From a virus, in the IMG/VR virus record IMGVR_UViG_3300012944_000025, positions 25,581-89,580 of that record: a stretch of 64,000 nucleotides of DNA. One strand, 5' to 3'. Both the position numbers and the translations under genes were made by a program. Under the pieces are notes generated by a model that had not been told where the DNA came from, ran no database searches, and was given only the letters and a program-made list of their open reading frames with translations. Positions 38,001 through 46,354 of the stretch are shown one piece after another (positions within the stretch are counted from its first letter, which is position 1; each line of letters opens with the position of its first letter).

Positions 38001-38614
38001 GGCTGGTGTCCGACGGCGCGACCATGGTCTCGCAGCTGCGCGCCGACCTGGTAGCCATCGACGCCAGGATCCAGAAGGCGCTCTCCGTGATTCAGTCCAC
38101 CCAGGACGTCACGCGCACCGCGCAGGTCACGCACAACCTGGTCGGCAATCGCGAGCTGGTCCCGCTGGCCTCCGCAGCGCCCCTGTTCAGCGGATACGAC
38201 GACGCGATGCGGTACGCGTGGCGACCGATATGCACACTCGACGAGTACGTCGTGTTCCACGACGCCGCGGGTGAGGGCTTGGTTTCCGCGGCCGGCGCCG
38301 CGGGTAGTCTCGGCGCGACCTACTACTCGAGGATTCGTCGGACGACCGCGCCGACGAGCGAGGAGCAAGCCTCGCTTCGCGCGCCCGGCGGCGCCGACGG
38401 CCTGACGCCGGCGCAGGCAGCGACGGATCCGCAGGTCGCGGCGCGGCTCGGAGCAACGGACGCGGTCACCGGCCAGTCAGCGCAGGTCCCGTCGATAGCG
38501 GCCACCGTTCCCGGCCTGACCAACGCGAGCTTCCCACAGGTCCGCGCGGACTGGGATCAGGCCCTCCTGGCCTACCGCGCCAACGTTCGCTCGGTAAAGG
38601 CGCCTCGCACATGA
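35036..38614 (+). CDS. Baseplate hub-like protein with internal lytic transglycosylase (SLT-like) domain
   Basis: Hub-like N-terminus (VYINGIEVPV); Pro-rich linkers flank FLLAWISQESDG...RGFFQIM. Confidence 0.7.
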   Translation: MSEFSSSLPHGAAALVYINGIEVPVVRVSRRYGVWQVPEVQVSMVPDPVLTRLGAEDRVQLEVFYLDDTAVDPSVVPQFRLWFDGEITGWGYQSLSSGRVITLTAVAQIAIFTQLFVQFLTTFDDLLGHSTLPGADATGIGVPTSQIVFPFSLFKQGLISGGGLAQDASSIVRPFDFLYNVIRNMIGAQVPHEQQTIPAANFFSRWSRLTNFHNRFVASPFFDEIVDNPNIFPVLRALQNVSAVDTIARNLIPNVQNSGSIWDMLQLVFQTMLFEIAMVPSMPLVATSLASGLVQQTNFSDHVLAFDPARIPNGAFVAALAGESRKATPRRIPSYFPKPQTLFGIAPSCNVIFPSQLVALAYDENYATQPTRLYFNDETLLNLLRIPRGGYRETVHNALTIAYPPEADAAMHARARGGGKLNGKNLLLWPEEFFKGPVLDRRDVPPWLFFLKQSELMSTPPTGRTADGAVETPPAPARTPQVPAPAAVSVPAGTMVTAGRVGTQAPDGTRVFGRAVENLRPKVARLSVVTGIPTDFLLAWISQESDGSIRTVTRLNERGFFQIMGPHVSGGTATTLRESEAGMIGLGLDATGTGPDDTNARLSTDEDFSLQSGVKLVQFYRRFANRIAIEQGLSWTEADMWRLTKLGHNGVGFAKQTVQAAKAVLGRAPISWEEMYKAAVPTLSAGVANVVNGATAVGGVVAGASGAMITKSDPRPTRAPVATTAPRTSTDVVSTLVAPQVPAAAPQVSESVTASLESAETVYQLYAKYEFFRERYAKRSGSAQIAWNPYVVAGFPAVIFDHRSSRVDIACYVTTVQDVIDLSATSARKSTTISFLYGRQLQEMFDLMARQFADGEASAGSAPAEPIRDVRKVIQSFSQAETYYQRLFYGGQPLFNKDAAFDFRKIIGYAPDVAGGSPVTIFVDGPEEADQDDLATAQVQLAQLTSDRADKTAQLASVSAGLSTASAQAAALNATASNTAATQLAALGRLVSDGATMVSQLRADLVAIDARIQKALSVIQSTQDVTRTAQVTHNLVGNRELVPLASAAPLFSGYDDAMRYAWRPICTLDEYVVFHDAAGEGLVSAAGAAGSLGATYYSRIRRTTAPTSEEQASLRAPGGADGLTPAQAATDPQVAARLGATDAVTGQSAQVPSIAATVPGLTNASFPQVRADWDQALLAYRANVRSVKAPRT

Positions 38615-39366
38615 CGCTCGACAGGATCGCTAGGCTGGCCAAAGCCGCCAACGAGACGAAGGCCGAGCGCGACATCGTGCTGTGGCGCGCGTGGAAGAAG
38701 AATCCCTCGGACGCCGCGGCCTCGGCGCTGCTTGCCCAAGTCTCGCCCCTGATCGCGCGCGAGGCGTCAAAGTGGGACCAGACGATGGCTCGCCCGCTGC
38801 TCGAGACCGAAGGCAAGCGCCTGGCGATGCAGGCGTTCCACGGCTACGACCCCGGAAAGGGCGCGGCCCTCGGCACCCATCTCGTTAACCAGCTTCAGCG
38901 GATGAGCCGGCTCGTGTACGCGAATCAGAACGTCGCCCGGCTGCCCGAAAACAAGATGCTGTGGTTCCACGCCTACCACAAGGCAAGCGCGCGCCTGGGG
39001 GACGAGCTTGGTCGCTCGCCGACCACCGACGAGATGGCGGACGAGCTGGGATGGTCGATCCCCCGCGTCGAGGAGTTCCGGCGATCGATCAGCCGGCGCG
39101 AGCTGCTCGAGTCCGGCGGTCACGACGACTCCGGCGCCTCCGGGCTGCACGAGGACGAGCGACAGGACCACACGTTGGACTTCGTGCACCACGGCCTGCC
39201 GCCGGTCCAGAAGGCAATCTTCGAGCATCTGACGGGGTACGCAGGATCGGAAATACTATCCAATCAAGGGATTCAAAAAAAGCTCGGCTTGACTCAAGGG
39301 ATTTACTCGTACCAGAAGGCGAAGTTGATCGAGCACGTCTCGAACGTGCAGAAGGGAAAGCGATGA
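38611..39366 (+). CDS. Phage sigma70-family RNA polymerase sigma factor
   Basis: Region 2 AFHGYDPGKGAALGTH; NVARLPE; region 3 LGRSPTTDEMADELGW; region 4 HTH. Confidence 0.82.
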   Translation: MTLDRIARLAKAANETKAERDIVLWRAWKKNPSDAAASALLAQVSPLIAREASKWDQTMARPLLETEGKRLAMQAFHGYDPGKGAALGTHLVNQLQRMSRLVYANQNVARLPENKMLWFHAYHKASARLGDELGRSPTTDEMADELGWSIPRVEEFRRSISRRELLESGGHDDSGASGLHEDERQDHTLDFVHHGLPPVQKAIFEHLTGYAGSEILSNQGIQKKLGLTQGIYSYQKAKLIEHVSNVQKGKR

Positions 39367-39581
39367 GCCTGCTTGGCCTGCTCAACTTCGTCGTGCTGCA
39401 GTGGTTCTGCGTGCGCCTCGAGGTGTCGTTCACAGGTGTATGTCCGCCGGGCGCGAAACATCGCTGGTGGGACCGTGAGATCGCCGTCGGTGACCCCAAC
39501 GTGTCGTTCTCGCTGCTCCGCTGGATCGTTCCGCTAACCGGCTGGTGGTCGTCGTACCGTCGGATCGGAGCGCGCCGATGA
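39363..39581 (+). CDS. Small Trp-rich/hydrophobic hypothetical protein
   Basis: MSLLGLLNFVVLQWFCVRL...; ATGA overlap at both ends. Confidence 0.5.
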   Translation: MSLLGLLNFVVLQWFCVRLEVSFTGVCPPGAKHRWWDREIAVGDPNVSFSLLRWIVPLTGWWSSYRRIGARR

Positions 39582-40675
39582 CCGCGTCACCGACCGACCG
39601 CAGCGCCGTCGCACCTGCAGAGCGCCCACAGGACGACGTCGCGCTTCGCTTGCAGCGCGCCGCCGCGACTCTGGCCGCCCGGAAGGGGACCGACCTTAAT
39701 CAGACGGTTCCCGCACTCGAGTACGATCCCACCACGGGTCGGCGATTCTTCGACACCACGCCCGTTCCCCTGCGTCGCCTGCTGGGCTCGCCGCTGGCCA
39801 AGACCGGCAAGTTCGCGCAGGGACCGGGACGCGAACGCAGGCTGTCCGGCGGCTGGGGCGACCCTCGATCGTTCTCGTACGATCCTCACGTCAGCACGAA
39901 TTCGCGACACCAGGGCCTCGACTTCATGGCACCCGCCGGCGAGGCGGTGCTCTCGTGCGGCGACGGCATCGTGTCGTTCGCTGGGTTCCAGTCGCGCAAG
40001 GGCGCGGTGGGCGTCGATGGCGCGCACGCCGACGCGAGCAACAACGTGCTCGATAAGACGGATAGCGTAATCGCTCTGATCGACCAGGTCGGGTTCGGAG
40101 GGATCGCCGTGCACGTCAAGCACAACGGCGACTTCGAGGGCTACCGCACTGAGTACTACCACCTGTCGAGCGTCACGGTTCGTGAGGGGCAGCGCGTCAG
40201 CGAGGGCCAGCAGATCGGCACGATTGGAAGCACCGGCGTGAGGGGCATCGGACCGCACCTTCACTTCCAGGTCGCGCTGGTCGCCGCGGGGACCTCGGCG
40301 CTGGTCAGGCCCACCGCGCTCGTCCCCAACTACTGGCCGGGGCACGCGGACGCGACCATCGCGGCGACGCCCGGGCAAGTCGCGCCACCGTCGCCGACCA
40401 TCGGGCTGGCGCCCGCGGGGTCGCAGATCGCCACAGGGGCCGCGACGGCGCAGACGCAGGCGTCGGACCGCGCCACCGCGATGCAGAACCAGGGCGTGGC
40501 GGATATCAAGCGCAACCAGGCGCGTCACGACGACATGATGGAGACGCGGCTGGGCGCGTACCAAGGCGGGCTGTACGCAACCGTGGCCGCCTTCCAGGGC
40601 GGCGGGGCCGTGGTGACCTCGCCGATGACGTTCAACTTCGACACCGGGACGTGGAGCGACGGGAGCCCCTTATGA
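39578..40675 (+). CDS. M23 family peptidoglycan endopeptidase
   Basis: HQGLD, YYHL and GPHLHF metal ligand motifs. Confidence 0.88.
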   Translation: MTASPTDRSAVAPAERPQDDVALRLQRAAATLAARKGTDLNQTVPALEYDPTTGRRFFDTTPVPLRRLLGSPLAKTGKFAQGPGRERRLSGGWGDPRSFSYDPHVSTNSRHQGLDFMAPAGEAVLSCGDGIVSFAGFQSRKGAVGVDGAHADASNNVLDKTDSVIALIDQVGFGGIAVHVKHNGDFEGYRTEYYHLSSVTVREGQRVSEGQQIGTIGSTGVRGIGPHLHFQVALVAAGTSALVRPTALVPNYWPGHADATIAATPGQVAPPSPTIGLAPAGSQIATGAATAQTQASDRATAMQNQGVADIKRNQARHDDMMETRLGAYQGGLYATVAAFQGGGAVVTSPMTFNFDTGTWSDGSPL

Positions 40676-40758
40676 AGCTAATTTGGCCCATCCTTATATT
40701 TATAATTGGCTTTGGCAGTATTGCTTTGAGCAGAATTATAGCTCGCCGTGGCGAATAG
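40672..40758 (+). CDS. 28-aa single-TM microprotein, AT-rich
   Basis: Own translation MKLIWPILIFIIGFGSIALSRIIARRGE*; GGGAG SD; overlaps both neighbours. Confidence 0.45.
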   Translation: MKLIWPILIFIIGFGSIALSRIIARRGE

Positions 40759-41203
40759 ATTCGACGTCAACATCCAGATCGTACCAGCCACGGCCTACCA
40801 GGGCATGGCGTTCTACTCGTTCGGCCAAAAAAGATCCCTCGGCGTTCGGGGCATCAATAAACTGGTGAACATGTTTGCGCGGTACCTCCTGACCCCGATC
40901 GGCACCGACTCGGTCGACTTGTCCTTCGGCACCGTGCTGCCAGGCCTGATCGGGTCCAACGTCGCACTCACCGACGCTCAGGAGGTCCTTCAGGCCTCCG
41001 TGACCGCCACGACCGACGCTATCCACGCGTTCCAGGCCGGACGCGGCAGCGTTCCCGACGACGAGCGGCTGGCCACCGCTGAGGTCACCCGGTTCATTTT
41101 GATCGAAGAGGCACCGGGGTTCGCCGCGCAGATCTTGATTCGCAACACGGCAAACGAGACGATGCCCCTCGTCCTACCCTCGCTATCGGTGGTGTCCCCA
41201 TGA
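40748..41203 (+). CDS. Baseplate wedge protein, gp25/GPW-like
   Basis: GINKLVNMFARYLLTPIGTD...FGT, DDERL; precedes baseplate J. Confidence 0.7.
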   Translation: MANRFDVNIQIVPATAYQGMAFYSFGQKRSLGVRGINKLVNMFARYLLTPIGTDSVDLSFGTVLPGLIGSNVALTDAQEVLQASVTATTDAIHAFQAGRGSVPDDERLATAEVTRFILIEEAPGFAAQILIRNTANETMPLVLPSLSVVSP

Positions 41204-43176
41204 CCCAGGTCGTAGTTGGATCAGCCGACGTCACGCTCGCGGCCAATTTTCTCGAACAGTTTCTGACTGACCAAGTGCCCGAGGGTGATTTTACACAGGG
41301 GACCGCGCTCCGGGATCTCACGGTCAAGGCCCTTGCCGCGGTTGTGGCCTTCATGCGCAAGGACGCCTCGCTCGGGCTCCAGCTCCGGTCGCTGGTCACG
41401 GTCAAGAACGCGATCGGTTCTGACGTCGACGCGGTGACCGACGCGGTGACCGCAATCCTGTCCAACTTCTTCGTCACACCCAAGGCTGGGCGGAAGTCCC
41501 GGGGTTTCGTCGTCGGGCACGCGTCGCGACAGGTCGATATCTTCGTTCCCACCACGACCCGATTCACCTACAGCCAAGGCTTGGTGTTCGTGGTCGACAG
41601 TGCCGACGTGCTCCTCGTGCCGGCGGCCCAGCTGGTGCCGATCATCGACGCCGACAATGCCGTGCTCGATTACGAGTTCCGCATCCCGCTGGTCGCCACG
41701 CAGACGGGCGCGGCGTACAACGTCGACCCGTCGTTGTTCTCGGACTTCGATCGGTTCAGCCCCTACGTCACGCGGATCGAGAGCACGGCGAAGTTCTCGG
41801 GCGGCAGCGGCCAGGAGACCGTCGACGAGATCCTGGAGCGCGCGCCCACCGCGGTGTCGGTCCGCAACCTCATCAACGACCGATCCATCGACGCGACCCT
41901 GAACGACAACTTCGACGGGATTGACAGCCTGATCGTGGTCGGGTTCGGGGACCCCGAGATGCAGCGCGACCTCATCCCGGGGATCGCGCCACACCTCCGG
42001 TTGCACGTCGGGGGAATGACCGACGTGTACCTGCGCACCGCGCTGACGGAGACCGAGTTCGTGGGCACCATCGGGGATCTGTTCGCGCGCCCTGACGGCG
42101 TGGCCTGCATGTTCCGCGACGCCTCGGCGGATTTCACCGACTCGCCGGCCGTGCAGCCCGGCGACATCGTTCGCGTCACGGCCGGGATCCCGACGACACC
42201 AAGCGAGTTTCTCATCATCGAGGTCTACGACGCGAACACGCTGATCGTTAGCGAGCGTTCGCCGTTTCCCCTGGCCACCGACGAGGCCAATCCCCCGACG
42301 ACTGTGTCGTACGTCATCGGACGCATCGGCCCGTCCTATAACGATATCCGTGCTGACGTGGGCGGCGCCCCGCTCGTCACCGGGGTGACGTCCCGTCGGA
42401 TAAATCGGCAAGGCCGAATCGTCTTGCCCGGTGGCCCTGTGATGGACGTGCTTGACGTTGCGATCACCAACCCTCCGATCGGCGAGGCGGCGTTCAAGAG
42501 CACCCTCGACGGCTTCGTTCACTTCCCGAACCAGGTGAACGTCGCGCCGTCCGACGTCGCCACTCCGGACGCCGGGCTCCAGTTCCAAACCATCGTGCAC
42601 GGACCCGCGTACGCCCAGAGCGCTCTGCAGTGGATGGACGTCGTGGTGGGCACCGATGACCAGCCGGCTCGATTCGACGGACTGCTTCTTCGGGTTCGCT
42701 ACCGGACCCTGGCGTCCTTCGCGGCGATCGACTCGTTCGTCCGCGGCCGCCGGGAGCGCGTGACCGCCGCGTTCCAGCTCCCGCGGGGACACCATCCCGT
42801 GGTCGTCCGCATGCACGTCCGCTACACGCTGAAGACCACGGCCATCGCCACCCTGAGCAACGACAACATCGCCCAGTCCATCGTTGACTTCGTCAACGGG
42901 TTCGACACCACGGCCAATCCGATCGATGTGTCCGCCGTGACGCAACTCGTGCGCAACACGTACCCCGACGTCGGCCCGATCGAGCCGATCACCATCGAGT
43001 ACGACCTTCGCGCCCCGACAGGAGACGTGATGTCCTACCAGACCACCGACGTCGTCAGGGCCGTCCCCGAGCGGCAAGTCTCGGGACCCGCGCTCGACCT
43101 AGATACGCTCGGCGTCACCAACCAGACGCTGCGCTACATCGCTAACTCCGCCGGCATCACGGTCGAGGCCCTGTGA
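41200..43176 (+). CDS. Baseplate J-like protein
   Basis: GTALRDL, ATQTGAAYNV, FSGGSGQETVDEILER. Confidence 0.78.
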   Translation: MTQVVVGSADVTLAANFLEQFLTDQVPEGDFTQGTALRDLTVKALAAVVAFMRKDASLGLQLRSLVTVKNAIGSDVDAVTDAVTAILSNFFVTPKAGRKSRGFVVGHASRQVDIFVPTTTRFTYSQGLVFVVDSADVLLVPAAQLVPIIDADNAVLDYEFRIPLVATQTGAAYNVDPSLFSDFDRFSPYVTRIESTAKFSGGSGQETVDEILERAPTAVSVRNLINDRSIDATLNDNFDGIDSLIVVGFGDPEMQRDLIPGIAPHLRLHVGGMTDVYLRTALTETEFVGTIGDLFARPDGVACMFRDASADFTDSPAVQPGDIVRVTAGIPTTPSEFLIIEVYDANTLIVSERSPFPLATDEANPPTTVSYVIGRIGPSYNDIRADVGGAPLVTGVTSRRINRQGRIVLPGGPVMDVLDVAITNPPIGEAAFKSTLDGFVHFPNQVNVAPSDVATPDAGLQFQTIVHGPAYAQSALQWMDVVVGTDDQPARFDGLLLRVRYRTLASFAAIDSFVRGRRERVTAAFQLPRGHHPVVVRMHVRYTLKTTAIATLSNDNIAQSIVDFVNGFDTTANPIDVSAVTQLVRNTYPDVGPIEPITIEYDLRAPTGDVMSYQTTDVVRAVPERQVSGPALDLDTLGVTNQTLRYIANSAGITVEAL

Positions 43177-43412
43177 TGATTGACTGCATGACATGCCTTT
43201 GTGTCGAAGCCCATTGCCCCTCCTCGTGGACGCACGTCGACAACGTCGGCATCACGCATGGGTTCGTCGAAGGGACGGCGAGCGACCCGAGTTTCTCGCT
43301 GTCATCCAAGCTTTGTGAATTGAATCTATACGAGGGTGAGCCGCTCCCTGTTTGGGGATTCCGGGCAGTGGATGAGGTGTTCGTCATAAGGACGTCTGAT
43401 GCCCATCGTTGA
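43173..43412 (+). CDS. Circularly permuted H-C-CxxC zinc-finger family protein
   Basis: IDCMTCL comes first, then DNVGITH...KLC; lower GC; overlaps both baseplate neighbours. Confidence 0.55.
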   Translation: MMIDCMTCLCVEAHCPSSWTHVDNVGITHGFVEGTASDPSFSLSSKLCELNLYEGEPLPVWGFRAVDEVFVIRTSDAHR

Positions 43413-45774
43413 CTATCCTTATTCGCTGTTGCGCGGCCTGTCCGACTTCTGGACCCGGTTCTTCGCCGACGCCGATCAGCTCGACGCCCTGTATCGGGGC
43501 ACGATCATCCAGCTCGGCCAGGCGTACCTGGACTTGCTGTCGAGCGTCCTCAGCGTGTCGTTCAAGGACGCGATCGTGCTAGACCGCGAGTACTACCAGC
43601 TGATCGCGATCCGCGAAGACGAGGTGTCGTTCTCCGCGCTCGACAACCGCTGGACGTTCAACCTGCCGGACCCCGTGGTCAGCTTCGCGTCGCTAGACAA
43701 CCGGGTCGTCGAGCCCACCGCGTCCCTCGAGCCGAACCTCGACTTCGAGGTCTCGAGCCGCGTGGTTCGCTTTCGCATTGATCCCACCGACCCAGCAGGG
43801 GACGGGTCGCCCCTGGTCGGGTTCGCGCGCCGGGCTCTCGACGTCGAGATCGGCGGCCGCTTCTTCGACCCTGGCGTATCCGACTGGCGGACGACCGGCG
43901 TGCGGAAGGGCGACACGGTCCGGATCCTTGACGTTGGCCCCGACGGAACCCAGCGGCGAAGGGCCGACTACCCAATCATCCTGGTCCGCCAAGAGGGCGT
44001 CTACGTGACGCCCGACACGCCCCTGCCGACCGGGGGGTCGCTGACGTCAATCAACTACGTGGTGCTCCGCGTCCCTCAGGCGCCGAATGTGATCGCGGAG
44101 TCGTTCACGCTGGCATCCTCCTCAGCCGAGCTGGCGCACACGCGGATCGACGTCGGATCCGTGCGCGTGTTCGCCAAGGCACCCGATGGCTCCGACGTGG
44201 TTGAGGGCGTCGACTACGTTGTCAACTACGAGCAGGGGCTGATCATCACCATCACGACGTGGATTGGAATGATCAGCGGCGCCGGAACGTTCTCGGCGGA
44301 CTACTCCTGGCGCACGGAGGTTCGTCCGGCCGGCGGACCATCTCCGCGCCTGGCGACCAACGGCTCGATCGGAGTCGTCGCAACTGCCCGCGTCCTACAG
44401 ATTGCGATGTGGGCCCCGGATGCCCGGGTGGACCGTCGAACGTTGGCCAACAACTTCGGCTCGCTGATCGGGCGCTCGCTGCCCAGCTCGGAGGCCTACC
44501 GCGCATTCCTCGCCGGCATCTTCCAGCTGTACGTGCTTGGCCCGGTGCTGGAGCGCATCGAGAGCGCGCTCAACGTCGTGCTCGGGTACCCAGTGATCCG
44601 CGACGACGGGGAGACGTTCCTGTCCGTGGACACGTCCGATCCGAAGTTCGACCGCGTGCTCACATCCCGACCGCCGGCGGGATTGGTCACGACCTACACC
44701 TTTCCCAAGGGAACCCCGTTCCGCGAGGACCTGGTCGCGGGCCTCACGCTCGAGTCGTTCGTGCCGCTTACCACCGTCGTGTCGGTCGTGGACTGGATCC
44801 AGTCCCCGAATTGGTGGCATGGGGCCGTCATCCCCGAGCAGCTTTTTGGAGCCGTCGACGGCGGCCGCCCGGCGGTCTCGAGACGCACTGCGAGCCCCTT
44901 CTACATCGAGAACATCTATGGCGCCGCAGACGGCGCGGTCTATGGTGATCCTGGCTTGATCTACGGCGGCGATGAGGACGGATTCATTCCACCGCCTGGC
45001 CATCCCGTGCTCCGTCACCGCCTGGCGTTCGTCTTGATGGATCGGTATCTGAAGTACCATACGTTCTCGATCAAGTTTAACGCCATCGAGCTGGCCTCGG
45101 CCATCGGGGTCGCGCTCCCGCAGAGCCTGAAGGACCTCAACGAGCTGGTGCTCACGGCGAGACCGTCCCACACGTTCCCGTTCACGACCCCCGAGACCTT
45201 CTTTAGCGACGAGATCCAAGTCACCGAGTCGACGCTCGCGTTCCATCGCCTGCTCGGGTCCCGCGTGTTCGGCCCTGACAAGGTCGTGTACACGGACACC
45301 AGTCCGACGTACGGTGAGGGGGTGTGGGCCTTCGGTGACTACTTCAAGTACGAGCTGTTCACCGTCAGCACCGCGTTCCCGTCGATAGGCGTCCCGGTGA
45401 CACTGGGCGGCACGCCTGTCGCTCCCCGTCACGGGCGTCTGGTTATCGTGCATTTGGCAGGAACCGCTGCGGGCCGCGCGCTCGTGGAGAACCTGGACTA
45501 CTCCGTCAACTACGCGAACAGGACCGTGACGCGTCTAACCGCGTGGGCCTCGAACACGATCAACGTCACGTACCGACAGCTCAACATCGGCAACCTCGCC
45601 GACGCCCCGAAGGGGACGGGCGACATGCAGGTCCTGTACAACGGCGTGGACCCTGCGCTCGTCACCGCTGCGTTCAACCCGTCGGCCGCCGGCTGGGACG
45701 GGACCGTCAACCCACTCACGGCCCCGCGCGACATCGGTATGGTCGAACGTGCCTTGATCGTTAATCCCCATTGA
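43399..45774 (+). CDS. Baseplate wedge/structural protein
   Basis: 791 aa, follows baseplate J; repeated 'VEGVDYVVNY'/'VENLDYSVNY' beta modules. Confidence 0.65.
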   Translation: MPIVDYPYSLLRGLSDFWTRFFADADQLDALYRGTIIQLGQAYLDLLSSVLSVSFKDAIVLDREYYQLIAIREDEVSFSALDNRWTFNLPDPVVSFASLDNRVVEPTASLEPNLDFEVSSRVVRFRIDPTDPAGDGSPLVGFARRALDVEIGGRFFDPGVSDWRTTGVRKGDTVRILDVGPDGTQRRRADYPIILVRQEGVYVTPDTPLPTGGSLTSINYVVLRVPQAPNVIAESFTLASSSAELAHTRIDVGSVRVFAKAPDGSDVVEGVDYVVNYEQGLIITITTWIGMISGAGTFSADYSWRTEVRPAGGPSPRLATNGSIGVVATARVLQIAMWAPDARVDRRTLANNFGSLIGRSLPSSEAYRAFLAGIFQLYVLGPVLERIESALNVVLGYPVIRDDGETFLSVDTSDPKFDRVLTSRPPAGLVTTYTFPKGTPFREDLVAGLTLESFVPLTTVVSVVDWIQSPNWWHGAVIPEQLFGAVDGGRPAVSRRTASPFYIENIYGAADGAVYGDPGLIYGGDEDGFIPPPGHPVLRHRLAFVLMDRYLKYHTFSIKFNAIELASAIGVALPQSLKDLNELVLTARPSHTFPFTTPETFFSDEIQVTESTLAFHRLLGSRVFGPDKVVYTDTSPTYGEGVWAFGDYFKYELFTVSTAFPSIGVPVTLGGTPVAPRHGRLVIVHLAGTAAGRALVENLDYSVNYANRTVTRLTAWASNTINVTYRQLNIGNLADAPKGTGDMQVLYNGVDPALVTAAFNPSAAGWDGTVNPLTAPRDIGMVERALIVNPH

Positions 45775-45778
45775 CCCC

Positions 45779-46339
45779 ATGCTGGAGCGAACCTTGCGCA
45801 CACAACGAACGAAGCAGGAAGGTCTCGACGGCGTACCCATGTGGGGACTCGTCGGGCTCACGATTCGAGACGCCCGCACGCGCGAGGTCCGCCGAACGTA
45901 CGAGATCCGAAACAAGATCACGTTCCTGACCGCCGACCTGCTGGTGGAGTTGATCGCGCAGCGAACGACCGACCCCGCGCCGGCCAGGAACCTTGTGTAC
46001 TCGATGCGGATGGGCAGCTCGAACACGGCCGCTCAGCGGTCCGACACGAACCTGGGGGCCTTCGTGATCGGCAAGGTGCTCGGAGACGTCGGAAAGGTCA
46101 CCGGCGCGCCGGGCGAGATCCAGTTCGTCACGACCTTGGACTCCGGCGACGCCAACGGGTCCACCATGCGGGAGGCGGGGCTATTCACTGCCGGCGCGGC
46201 CCAGTCAACCAGCGACACGCCGGGGACGACGCCTGGCGCGACGCGCCTGGTCGCGCGGCAGGTCCATCCCGACATCCTCAAGACGGTGGCGATCGTGATT
46301 GACTACTCTTGGACGATCGCGTTCACCGCGATTCCATGA
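45779..46339 (+). CDS. Tail collar/fibre-attachment protein
   Basis: NKIT...MGSSNTAAQRSDTNL...ANGSTMREAGLF...YSWTI pattern. Confidence 0.65.
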   Translation: MLERTLRTQRTKQEGLDGVPMWGLVGLTIRDARTREVRRTYEIRNKITFLTADLLVELIAQRTTDPAPARNLVYSMRMGSSNTAAQRSDTNLGAFVIGKVLGDVGKVTGAPGEIQFVTTLDSGDANGSTMREAGLFTAGAAQSTSDTPGTTPGATRLVARQVHPDILKTVAIVIDYSWTIAFTAIP

Positions 46340-46354
46340 ACGGAGGAGCGGACC

